Shown here piece by piece: positions 17,456 through 25,216 of a DNA stretch of 64,000 nt. Position 1 is the first letter of the stretch, and each line of letters opens with the position of its first letter. This DNA is from an uncultured Nitrososphaera sp. (GTDB lineage Archaea; Thermoproteota; Nitrososphaeria; Nitrososphaerales; Nitrososphaeraceae): positions 77,918 through 141,917 of the forward strand of contig CAYXFY010000001.1 in assembly GCA_964464395.1 (NCBI GenBank). Direction: 5' to 3'. The translations under genes and the position numbers were made by a program. The notes below the pieces were generated by a model, which was given only the letters and a program-made list of their open reading frames with translations, had not been told where the DNA came from and made no database searches.

Positions 17456-18876
17456 CTCCGGGCTCCGTGTATCCTGTTTCTAGTCAAATGAATGGCCCTG
17501 ACTGCGTCTGCGACGCTTGAGCCCTTGTCCTCCAGCACGATAAGTATGCGCGAGGTCTCTTCCTGCGCGTCCAGGTTGAGTATGTTGATGTCGTGCTCGC
17601 TCACGGTGCTTGACGCTGTTGACGCTATCTTGGGCACGCGCCACATCTCGTCGCCTATGAGCGTCACCACCGCCCTGTCGTAGACGACCTCGGTCTTGGG
17701 GTAGTATGCGCGGAAGTGGCGCTCCTGCCTTCTGACATAGTCGGCGTCAAGGAACAGCAGACGCGTCATCTCGGTGTCGTCCTTGACGTAGGGCGACAGC
17801 TTGACAAAGTCGTGGTACTGCTTGTCGCGTTCCAGATTGGCAATGAGGTGTGAGGCCGACATGCTCTCCATCCTGACTATCGCGCAGTTCTTTTTGCCCG
17901 TCACTATCTTTATCGGGTTTGCCGAGTCGTCTGCAGGCGGCGTTCGCTTTATCACAGTCACGCTGCCCGGCTTTGTCATGTCCGTTATCGCAATCGGTAT
18001 GTCAAGCTCGTTGTCGTCAATCTCCTTTATCGCAATCGGGTCTAGTATCTTCATGCCAAACATGCCTGCTATCCTTGCCTCGTTGTACGAGAGGTACGGC
18101 ACGAAATCTAGCCCCTCCTTCACTATCTTGGGGTCCGCACTCAGCACCGCGCTGTCCTTTTCAAACGATATCTTGGTTTCATATCTGCCGTTCAGGATTA
18201 TGGCAATGTCCGCAGCCGTCCTGTCAGAGCCCCCGCGCTCGTACGTCGTTTCCAGGTTGTCGACGGTCCTGCCGATGAATCCTCCCATGCTCACCACGTC
18301 GTTTGCCTCCACCAGCTCCATCAGGTGCGACGCTGCCTGCCTCGATTCGTTTGGCATAAAGTTGGCGGCCTCAAAGTTGTCGTCGGTTATTATGGGCCAG
18401 TTCTCTATCGGGACATGGGCGGCCTTGATGCCGTTTGCGCGCATAACGTAGCCCATCAGGTAGCACATCGTCACCTCGCCGCTGTACGCAAGCGTCCTTG
18501 AGCGTATGACGTCGACAAAACGCCTGTTCTCCGCCGCGCCCTTCAATGATATTATGACCTGCCGGTAGAACCTGTCCAGCTGGTCGAGGAACTCTTTTTT
18601 CTCCTCCTTCAGGTCCGCCGCTGCAATGCGCTCGTAGACTTCCCGCAACACTTCGATTTCGACGGGGTTTGAGGCGGCATAGTTTCGGCCAACCCTTATT
18701 GCCACGTCGGTCATCGAGCTCGTCTTGCCCTCGTACTCTATCAGTGGCGCCGAGAACACGGTCACGACCTTGGAGGTTTTCTGCATCTGCTTTATCCTCT
18801 CGATGATCTGGGGGATCATCACGCCGTCGGCTCCAAGCGCGCTACCGCCGAATTTGGCAACGGTTACGGAGGTCAA
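17452..18876 (-). CDS. Aspartate kinase (amino acid kinase domain plus ACT-like C-terminus)
   Basis: 474 aa. VAKFGGSALG N-terminal kinase motif. 4-nt overlap with ilvE. Confidence 0.8.
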   Translation of the reverse strand: MTSVTVAKFGGSALGADGVMIPQIIERIKQMQKTSKVVTVFSAPLIEYEGKTSSMTDVAIRVGRNYAASNPVEIEVLREVYERIAAADLKEEKKEFLDQLDRFYRQVIISLKGAAENRRFVDVIRSRTLAYSGEVTMCYLMGYVMRANGIKAAHVPIENWPIITDDNFEAANFMPNESRQAASHLMELVEANDVVSMGGFIGRTVDNLETTYERGGSDRTAADIAIILNGRYETKISFEKDSAVLSADPKIVKEGLDFVPYLSYNEARIAGMFGMKILDPIAIKEIDDNELDIPIAITDMTKPGSVTVIKRTPPADDSANPIKIVTGKKNCAIVRMESMSASHLIANLERDKQYHDFVKLSPYVKDDTEMTRLLFLDADYVRRQERHFRAYYPKTEVVYDRAVVTLIGDEMWRVPKIASTASSTVSEHDINILNLDAQEETSRILIVLEDKGSSVADAVRAIHLTRNRIHGARR

Positions 18877-18934
18877 GTAAGGGCTAGAGCGCGGCGCACC
18901 CTATATTAAATATGGGCATGTTGGTTGCGGGGGC

Positions 18935-19042
18935 GTGGAAGACCTCTGCGTCAGGTGCGGCGGCTCTATGGTTCACATAGGCTTCAAGATTTATCGATGC
19001 GCAAACTGCGGGCATGAGGAAAAGCCAGAGGACGTCATGTAG
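18935..19042 (+). CDS. Small zinc-ribbon protein (35 aa), not in the ORF track
   Basis: GTG start. VEDLCVRCGGSMVHIGFKIYRCANCGHEEKPEDVM has two CxxC pairs. It fills the gap between two convergent genes. Confidence 0.4.
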   Translation: MEDLCVRCGGSMVHIGFKIYRCANCGHEEKPEDVM

Positions 19043-19065
19043 CGTCCGGTTAGAGCTGCTGGCAG

Positions 19066-19524
19066 TCAGGCAAAGTTCTCCACGACTATTACCTTTCCAG
19101 TCATGTGGGGGTGTGGGACGCAGTAGTAGGAATACTCTCCGACCTTGGTGAACGTGAATTCAAATGTTTCACCAGGCGGGATTAGCCCTATGGTGTCCAT
19201 CGAGTCGAACTTGCCGTTTATCTGGTCGACATAGTCGTCGCTGGTCACGCTGTGGGCAACCCCGTCGTTGTTGGTCCAGACGACCCTGTTCTCTATGCCT
19301 ATGGTCGCGCGGATTTCTGCCGGAACATAGAACCTGCCGTTGGTCTCAGATGCCGCGCCTTCGACTATCTGGATGTCGGTTGTTTCGGGCGGGTTGACGA
19401 TCTCATCGGGCAGTATAGGCTTGGCGTTGACCGACGGGACGTAGACGTACTGGTAGTATCCGATGCTCACGCCCACCGCGACTACGAAAGCCACCATGCT
19501 GATTCCAGCTGCGTTGCCAGTCAT
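19066..19524 (-). CDS. Membrane-anchored blue copper protein (plastocyanin/amicyanin-like cupredoxin)
   Basis: 152 aa. N-terminal TM helix. Type-1 copper ligand motif YYCVPHPHMTGKVIV. Confidence 0.85.
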   Translation of the reverse strand: MTGNAAGISMVAFVVAVGVSIGYYQYVYVPSVNAKPILPDEIVNPPETTDIQIVEGAASETNGRFYVPAEIRATIGIENRVVWTNNDGVAHSVTSDDYVDQINGKFDSMDTIGLIPPGETFEFTFTKVGEYSYYCVPHPHMTGKVIVVENFA

Positions 19525-19660
19525 CTAATCGTCGTCGCGCAATTTTTCCATTTAACACTTTGTCCGAACGGTTTGAATTCACATAGAACGATTGTATGTC
19601 CGCGCAGCCTGTCTGAGGTAGCTTGTTTTGCAAAAAAGTGCTCAGCAGTCTAGTCAAGGC

Positions 19661-20680
19661 TTATCTAAAAAGTGCAGAAATGATTTTTGCAGCATTTTCT
19701 GCACCTGCAGCGTTCACTGGATCGCGCCTGCGGCCGATTTTCTCCTCTATCAGCGACTCAAGCCGCATAATGTCGTCGGGCTTGTAACCGAGGCGCGCGG
19801 CGCCTTCCTCCTGCTCGAAGTGGCCTTTTATCGGTATGAATATTCCCGGCGTGCCGTACGCTATAGACTCGTCCATGGTTGACCTGCCAGCAAGCGATAT
19901 GACAAGGTCGGCGGCGTAGATTAGCTCGTGCAGGTTCTCGACAAACCCCAGATTGCGATAGTCCGCAGGATCGGGCAGCTTGAGCGACGGGCCGGGAACG
20001 ACTACCAGATCCGCGTCCAGTTTTTCCTTCAATTTTCTGTACGCCTCGATTGTTTTTTCGATCAGGTACCGGCCGGCGTCGGTGCCGCCCACGCTTGCCA
20101 CTATTGTCTTTCTTGAAAAGTTGAACCGCTGTCGAAGTGCGTCGCGGTCTGCGCTCACCTCGCGGACTATGGGGCCGACGTACCTCTTGTTTCCATGGTC
20201 GTCGCCGACATCAGGGATAATCACGCAGTCGCACTTTTCCATCATCTCGCGCATGGATTTGTTCATCTTTTTCTCTACTATAGACGCCGCGCCTTTTGTA
20301 AAGCGCGTCTCCAAGATGTCGGTGACAAGCACGCGTTTTCTGTTCATTTCTTCGGCAATGGCGATAGAGGCAAAGTCCTCGTCGCTGACAACGGGGCCGG
20401 AGTTCTCAGCGATTATCTTCTTTGCAGTCTCCTTGCACTTTTTGTAATATGAATAATAGGTCATCAGCCACCGGAACGACTGCTGCAACTGACCGTTGTC
20501 GACGTTGAACTTTTCCGGCCTGTACAGGTCGAGGCAGCGGTAGCCGCTCTTTTCGATAAGCGCCGGCGCGCCCTCGCCTGAGACAAACAATAGTTCATTT
20601 TTCGGGACTGCAAGCTTGTCTGCAATAGCAATGTCGCGGGTCGCGTGCCCCAAGCCTATGGGGCTTGTGAAGAACATCAA
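19661..20680 (-). CDS. MurG-like glycosyltransferase (GT28 C-terminal-type)
   Basis: 339 aa. N-terminal SPIGLGHATRD and a C-terminal nucleotide-sugar-binding pattern. Confidence 0.65.
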   Translation of the reverse strand: MMFFTSPIGLGHATRDIAIADKLAVPKNELLFVSGEGAPALIEKSGYRCLDLYRPEKFNVDNGQLQQSFRWLMTYYSYYKKCKETAKKIIAENSGPVVSDEDFASIAIAEEMNRKRVLVTDILETRFTKGAASIVEKKMNKSMREMMEKCDCVIIPDVGDDHGNKRYVGPIVREVSADRDALRQRFNFSRKTIVASVGGTDAGRYLIEKTIEAYRKLKEKLDADLVVVPGPSLKLPDPADYRNLGFVENLHELIYAADLVISLAGRSTMDESIAYGTPGIFIPIKGHFEQEEGAARLGYKPDDIMRLESLIEEKIGRRRDPVNAAGAENAAKIISALFR

Positions 20681-21060
20681 AGCGCTATCAACTTGACGTG
20701 GTCCATCTTCTTGTTTGTCTGGAACTTTTTGGTCATGTTCTTTATTTCAGACGCGTCGCCCCGCAGGAAAAAGATCTCCAGGCACCTGCCGCCATCTATC
20801 TTGTTGTGTATGTGCGTGCCTATCAGCTTGTCGTAGTCGTGCTCCATCTGCACCACCTGATCGTCTGACTTTTCGTCGTGGACCGCAAGCAGTATCGCGT
20901 ACAGGCTGCCCGAAAGGCTCTGCCGGTCCTTTTCCTCCGCAAGGAGCGTCCTGATGCCGGCGCGCACTATCTCGGACCTGCCTGAGAACCCTAGCGCCTT
21001 TTGCATCTTGTCGAGCTCGGCAACAATCTCGTCGTTGAGCGAAATGCTGACTATGGGCAT
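20677..21060 (-). CDS. nikR: NikR-family metal-responsive ribbon-helix-helix regulator
   Basis: 127 aa. The RHH N-terminus (SISLNDEIVAELDKMQKALGFSGRSEIVRAGIR) and the C-terminal metal-site pattern (VHDE...EHDYD...THIH...GRCLEI) match the NikR layout. Confidence 0.75.
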   Translation of the reverse strand: MPIVSISLNDEIVAELDKMQKALGFSGRSEIVRAGIRTLLAEEKDRQSLSGSLYAILLAVHDEKSDDQVVQMEHDYDKLIGTHIHNKIDGGRCLEIFFLRGDASEIKNMTKKFQTNKKMDHVKLIAL

Positions 21061-21306
21061 CGCGTTTTCTTGTTATTAACTGCTTTATAAACACACCTTA
21101 TTTGTTATTAAGAAAACTATTTATTCTTAATAACCCAATATCAGACGCACATCTCGAAAAGATAGTGTTGCCAACCAAACCAAACCCGGTGGAACCCCGA
21201 CAGCGGATGAGTGATGCTTCGGGGCCGGCCACCGCATTATTAACTCCCTTATATGCAATAGCATAGATGTTATTAATAAAAGTATATATTCTTAATAATA
21301 GAACTT
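21061..21306. promoter_or_regulatory. Divergent promoter/operator region with repeated AT-rich TTATTAAY / TTCTTAATAA boxes
   Basis: Boxes lie at about 21069-21080, 21101-21113, 21122-21133, 21235-21247, 21269-21279 and 21286-21299. They flank a GC-rich ~100-nt core. Confidence 0.5.
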
Positions 21307-22245
21307 TTGGCGATGAACAAGGGGATAATCGCCGCAATCGCGGGCGGCATCGCGGTGGCAATAGCCGCCGGGATAATCGCGGTTTCAAGCGCGCCGGCCG
21401 CCGTGCCGGAGGACGGCAGGGCAAAGGTGGTCGCTTCGTTCTTTCCGCTGTACGACTTTACGCGCAACGTGGCCGGCGACAGGGCCGACGTGTCGGTGTT
21501 CATACCGTCCGGCGTCGAGCCGCACGACTGGGAGCCGACTCCACAGAACGTCGCGCAGGCAGAAAGCGCCGATCTTTTGATCTACAACGGTGCCGGGTTT
21601 GAAAGCTGGATAGCCGACATCAACCCGAAAAACGCGGTGGATGCGACCGCGGGGCTGGAACTGATGGCCGCCACTGAAGAGCACGAAGAGGAGGAAGAAC
21701 ACGAGGGCGAGGAATTCGACCCGCATGTGTGGCTCGACCCGGTCCTTGCAAAGCACCAGGTGAGCGCCATAAGGGACGGTCTTGTGCGCGTCGACCCGGA
21801 CAACGCGGACTATTACAGAGACAACGCTGCCAGATATCTGGCGGAGCTTGACGAGCTGGACGCGTTCATAAGGTCGGAGCTCTCGTTGTGCGAAAAGACG
21901 GACTTTATCTCGTTCCACTCGGCCTTCAGCTACTTTGCCAACAGGTACGGCCTGACGCAGCACGCCATACAGGGGCTTGCGCCTGAAGGAGAGGTTCTGC
22001 CGCAGCGCATACAGGAGGTAAAGAGCCTGGCAAACGAGCTTGGCATCAGCGTCATATATGCAGAAGAGCTTGTGGACCCGCGCCTTGCGCAGGTCATAGC
22101 CGGCGAGATACCGGGCGGCCAAGTGCTAGTATTGAGCCCGCTTGAGGGCGTGAACGCGGAGGAAGAAAGAAAAGGCACCGGCTACATCGACAAGATGAGA
22201 GAAAACGTGGAGAACCTGAAGGTGGGCTTGAAGTGCACGCAGTGA
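21307..22245 (+). CDS. znuA: ZnuA/TroA-like metal-binding lipoprotein of an ABC importer
   Basis: 312 aa; the ATG at 21313 is the likely start. Cluster A-I substrate-binding-protein pattern with an acidic/His loop EEHEEEEEHEGEEFDPHVW. Confidence 0.85.
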   Translation: MAMNKGIIAAIAGGIAVAIAAGIIAVSSAPAAVPEDGRAKVVASFFPLYDFTRNVAGDRADVSVFIPSGVEPHDWEPTPQNVAQAESADLLIYNGAGFESWIADINPKNAVDATAGLELMAATEEHEEEEEHEGEEFDPHVWLDPVLAKHQVSAIRDGLVRVDPDNADYYRDNAARYLAELDELDAFIRSELSLCEKTDFISFHSAFSYFANRYGLTQHAIQGLAPEGEVLPQRIQEVKSLANELGISVIYAEELVDPRLAQVIAGEIPGGQVLVLSPLEGVNAEEERKGTGYIDKMRENVENLKVGLKCTQ

Positions 22246-22961
22246 GCGTGGAGGGCGTCAGCTACGACTACGGCCAGGGACTTGCGCTTGACAAGATCTC
22301 CTTTGCCGTGGACGAGGGCGACCTTTTGGGCATCATAGGCCCAAACGGCGCCGGCAAGACCACGCTCTTTTCGTGCATGCTCGGCCTCATTGAAGACTAT
22401 TCCGGCACGATAACGGTGTTTGGCAGTGACATAAGAAAGGACAGGCGCGCGCTCAAAGAAATAGGCTACGTGCCGCAGAAAAAGTCGATAGAGCAGAACT
22501 TTCCGGCGACGGTCGAAGAGGTGGTGTCGCTTGGCGCAGTCTCCAAAAAGCCGACAAGGCAGGAGATATCAACGGCCCTTGAAACGGTGGGCATGTCAGA
22601 GTTCAAGGACAGGCGCATCGGCGAGCTGTCTGGCGGCCAGCAGCAGCGCGTGCTCATAGCAAAGGCTCTGGTGAACAAGCCCCGGCTAATCATCCTCGAC
22701 GAGCCGGTGACCGGCATCGACCAAGAGACGCAAAACAGGTTCTACGCCCTCATCAAAAAGCTGAACCAGGAAAACAAGATAACGATAATCTGGTCCTCGC
22801 ACGACCTTGACGCCATAGAAAAGCTTGCCAACAAGGTGGCCTGCATAAACAGGTCCATGTTCTTCCATGGGCAGGCCGGCGACTTTTTCGGCGACGAGGA
22901 GATGGTCAAGAAATACTCCGAGGCCAGCATGCAGAGGCACATGCACACGCATTCGCACTAG
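22233..22961 (+). CDS. znuC: Metal ABC transporter ATPase
   Basis: 242 aa. Walker A GPNGAGKTT, signature LSGGQQQR, Walker B LIILDEP. Confidence 0.88.
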   Translation: MHAVSVEGVSYDYGQGLALDKISFAVDEGDLLGIIGPNGAGKTTLFSCMLGLIEDYSGTITVFGSDIRKDRRALKEIGYVPQKKSIEQNFPATVEEVVSLGAVSKKPTRQEISTALETVGMSEFKDRRIGELSGGQQQRVLIAKALVNKPRLIILDEPVTGIDQETQNRFYALIKKLNQENKITIIWSSHDLDAIEKLANKVACINRSMFFHGQAGDFFGDEEMVKKYSEASMQRHMHTHSH

Positions 22962-22970
22962 GCTGGTAAG

Positions 22971-23801
22971 ATGTTCGAGATCTTTGAAGCGGGCTTTATG
23001 CAGAGGGCGCTTGTGTCCGGCATAGCCGTCGCCGTGATATGCTCGGCAGTCGGCCTGTTCCTGGTGCTGAGGAGACACTCGCTTTTTGGCGACGCGCTGT
23101 CTCACATGGCTTTTGGCGGAATCGCCATAGGGCTTTTCATGAACGTCTACCCGCTGTGGACTGCCATCGTGGTGTCCATACTGGGCGCGCTTGGAATAAC
23201 AAAGCTCAGGCAGTCGACCAAGATCCCGGCCGACGCAACGGTCGCAGTGCTCCTGTCGTCCGGGCTTGCGCTTGGAGTCGTGCTTGTCAGCCTGTCGGGC
23301 GGCTTTAACGTCAACCTGTTCAGCTTCCTATTCGGCAGCATACTGCTTGTGAGCGCAGACGAGGTGATAATGATACTTGCAATTGCGGCCGGCATAGTGG
23401 CCGTTCTTTCTCTGTTGTACCGCAGGTTCATGTACATCACGTTTGACGAGGAGCAGGCAAAGGTGAGCGGGCTGCAGGTGACGCTTCTCAACTACCTGTT
23501 CATAGTGCTTGCAAGCATCACAGTCATCGCGTCGATAAGGCTCGTCGGCGTGCTCCTCATCTCGTCGCTAATAGTCATCCCCAACATCACGGCCATGATG
23601 TTCGGAAAAGGTTTCAAGAAGACTGCGCTCATCTCCGGCGGAATCGCCGTGTTTTCCGTTGTAACAGGGATAATCGTGTCGTACGCCGCCAACCTTGCGC
23701 CAGGCGGCACAATAGTGCTTGTAGCCATCATCATATTCCTAGGCACGCTTGCCGCAAAGACTGTCGCAAGAAAGACGCGGATTATAGAAGCAAAGGCCTG
23801 A
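22971..23801 (+). CDS. znuB: Metal ABC transporter permease
   Basis: 276 aa. ABC-3 family polytopic membrane pattern. Confidence 0.85.
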   Translation: MFEIFEAGFMQRALVSGIAVAVICSAVGLFLVLRRHSLFGDALSHMAFGGIAIGLFMNVYPLWTAIVVSILGALGITKLRQSTKIPADATVAVLLSSGLALGVVLVSLSGGFNVNLFSFLFGSILLVSADEVIMILAIAAGIVAVLSLLYRRFMYITFDEEQAKVSGLQVTLLNYLFIVLASITVIASIRLVGVLLISSLIVIPNITAMMFGKGFKKTALISGGIAVFSVVTGIIVSYAANLAPGGTIVLVAIIIFLGTLAAKTVARKTRIIEAKA

Positions 23802-23806
23802 GCGAG

Positions 23807-23968
23807 ATGGAAATGTCATGTAGGGCGTGCGGCTCAAAGCTTGTCCCGACAAAAATGTGCAGCAAGTGCGGCGAGCCTGTCAGGTGGCTGTGCCTGGTCT
23901 GCTGCATGATTTACGATCATGCCCACGTGCACGGAACGACTGGACATGCAAGGGCGGCGCAGGCGTGA
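23807..23968 (+). CDS. Small Cys/His-rich protein (53 aa), not in the ORF track
   Basis: MEMSCRACGSKLVPTKMCSKCGEPVRWLCLVCCMIYDHAHVHGTTGH... Starts 5 nt after the znuB stop. Contains CxxC, CxxC, CxxCC and HxHxH. Confidence 0.45.
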   Translation: MEMSCRACGSKLVPTKMCSKCGEPVRWLCLVCCMIYDHAHVHGTTGHARAAQA

Positions 23969-23972
23969 CGGC

Positions 23973-24294
23973 ATGATAGCGTTGTGGCAGCGCAGGCTGG
24001 GCCTTGAAGACTATGCCATCACGGCCGAGCGTCTGTCAGTGTTCCAAGTAGCCGACGACTTTTGCTCGGTAGGAAACAGCCTGGTCGGGGTCTGCACCGA
24101 CCACGCGGCCAAGACCGCGGTCATCTACCACACCGGCGACGAGGCTGCGGCAGGAAGACGTCGTCCACGAGCTTTTGCACGTGCGCTTTCCCTCTTGGTC
24201 CGAGGAGCAGGTGAATGAAAAGACGGCAGAGATTCTTGCCGTTCAGCGTGATGAGCCCTTATTAACAATATATAAGATGATACAGAATTATTAA
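23973..24294 (+). pseudogene. Small HExxH (metallopeptidase-like) protein gene split by a frameshift
   Basis: Frame A (from the ATG at 23973) reads MIALWQRRLGLEDYAI...AVIYHTG. Frame B is open from 24073 and reads QEDVVHELLHVRFPSWSEEQVNEKTAEILAVQRDEPLL, ending at 24294. The shift lies near 24140-24155. Confidence 0.45.
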
Positions 24295-24330
24295 TAATAA
24301 AAGCATATATAATTAATAACATGTCGATAA
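24250..24330 (+). promoter_or_regulatory. AT-rich promoter region with TTATTAAY boxes upstream of the small basic protein gene
   Basis: CTTATTAACAATATATAAG...ATTATTAATAATAAAAGCATATATAATTAATAAC. The motif is the same as in the znu intergenic region. Confidence 0.5.
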
Positions 24331-24334
24331 GAGT

Positions 24335-24547
24335 GTGAACATCCAGTTTTACAGCGTCAAGAACAAGAAGAAGGTGAGCGTGCCGGAGGAGAGCATCAGA
24401 AAAGTCAGGTATGAAAGAAAGACCAAGGCCGGTACCAGGACCAGCTACGCGCTGCGCGCAGAAATGAACGGACAAAAGCTGACCAAGTTTGTCAGCAAGC
24501 AGGACTGGGACAGGCTCAAGGTGCCGGAAGAAAAAGCCAGAAAGTAG
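24335..24547 (+). CDS. Small lysine-rich basic protein, possible nucleic-acid binder
   Basis: 70 aa, GTG start. NIQFYSVKNKKKVSVPEESIRKVRYERKTKAGTRTSYALRAEMNGQKLTKFVSK. Strong AT-rich promoter upstream. Confidence 0.65.
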   Translation: MNIQFYSVKNKKKVSVPEESIRKVRYERKTKAGTRTSYALRAEMNGQKLTKFVSKQDWDRLKVPEEKARK

Positions 24548-24718
24548 CTGTTCAAATATCCACAGCGAGTACTGATAATGTTGAAGCGGTGCTCCCAGTG
24601 CCTCTGCGTGCCGGTGCAGTGCGGCCAGATCCAGTGCCTTGTATGCGGCGAAGAGAAATGCTGCGTGGCTACCCACAGGCGCAGCGCGCTGCGCAGTTTC
24701 TTCTTTCACTCAAGGACG

Positions 24719-25216
24719 ATGTTTGCCGCAGCGCTTGGAATCGAGATCCTTTGCATCTCGTTTGCAGAGCTTGGTGAGAACATTGGCCTGTACGCCTTTG
24801 GGTTCAACCCCGCCGGCATAGCTATAGCGTACGCGCTGGGCTACGCTTTTGCAGGCGCAGCCACTTTTGTAACTATTCTGGGCAGGCACGGCTCCGGCGA
24901 CGACTGCAGCTGCTGTTCTGTATTGGAGCATGGAAACAGAAAGGGCTTTTACCCCAACTTCGCCGGCACGATGCGCGACTTTGCCTCGGGCCTGAAAAAG
25001 CTGGCTACTTTGAACAGGCAGCCCAACCTCAGGTCCATAGTGCGCACCAGCCTAGTGATACTTGTGACTGCCGAGTCGGCGTGCATACTCACGGCAGAGA
25101 CCGTCGGCATCGTCTTTTACCAGTATTCAATACTGCTGTCCGTGCCTCTTGCGCTTCTCGCCGGCGCCTTTACCGTAGTGGCGCCGCAGGCGTACAAAAA
25201 AGCTAGGGCCGGCTAG
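24719..25216 (+). CDS. Hypothetical membrane protein
   Basis: Hydrophobic segments start from MFAAALGIEILC. The ORF track starts at 24578 with a Cys-rich extension that I consider doubtful. Confidence 0.5.
   Translation: MFAAALGIEILCISFAELGENIGLYAFGFNPAGIAIAYALGYAFAGAATFVTILGRHGSGDDCSCCSVLEHGNRKGFYPNFAGTMRDFASGLKKLATLNRQPNLRSIVRTSLVILVTAESACILTAETVGIVFYQYSILLSVPLALLAGAFTVVAPQAYKKARAG

Noticed and set aside
21098-21424. A 108-aa minus-strand ORF spanning the znu control region.
   Set aside because: It crosses the AT-rich promoter/operator block and the znuA 5' end, and its sequence is Arg/Pro-rich. It is better explained as non-coding.
21385-22122. A 245-aa antisense ORF within znuA. Similar long antisense ORFs occur at 27048-27632, 27943-28608, 35954-36610, 53599-54237 and 56787-57437.
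   Set aside because: All are opposite genes with strong family motifs, and they show the biased composition of shadow frames.
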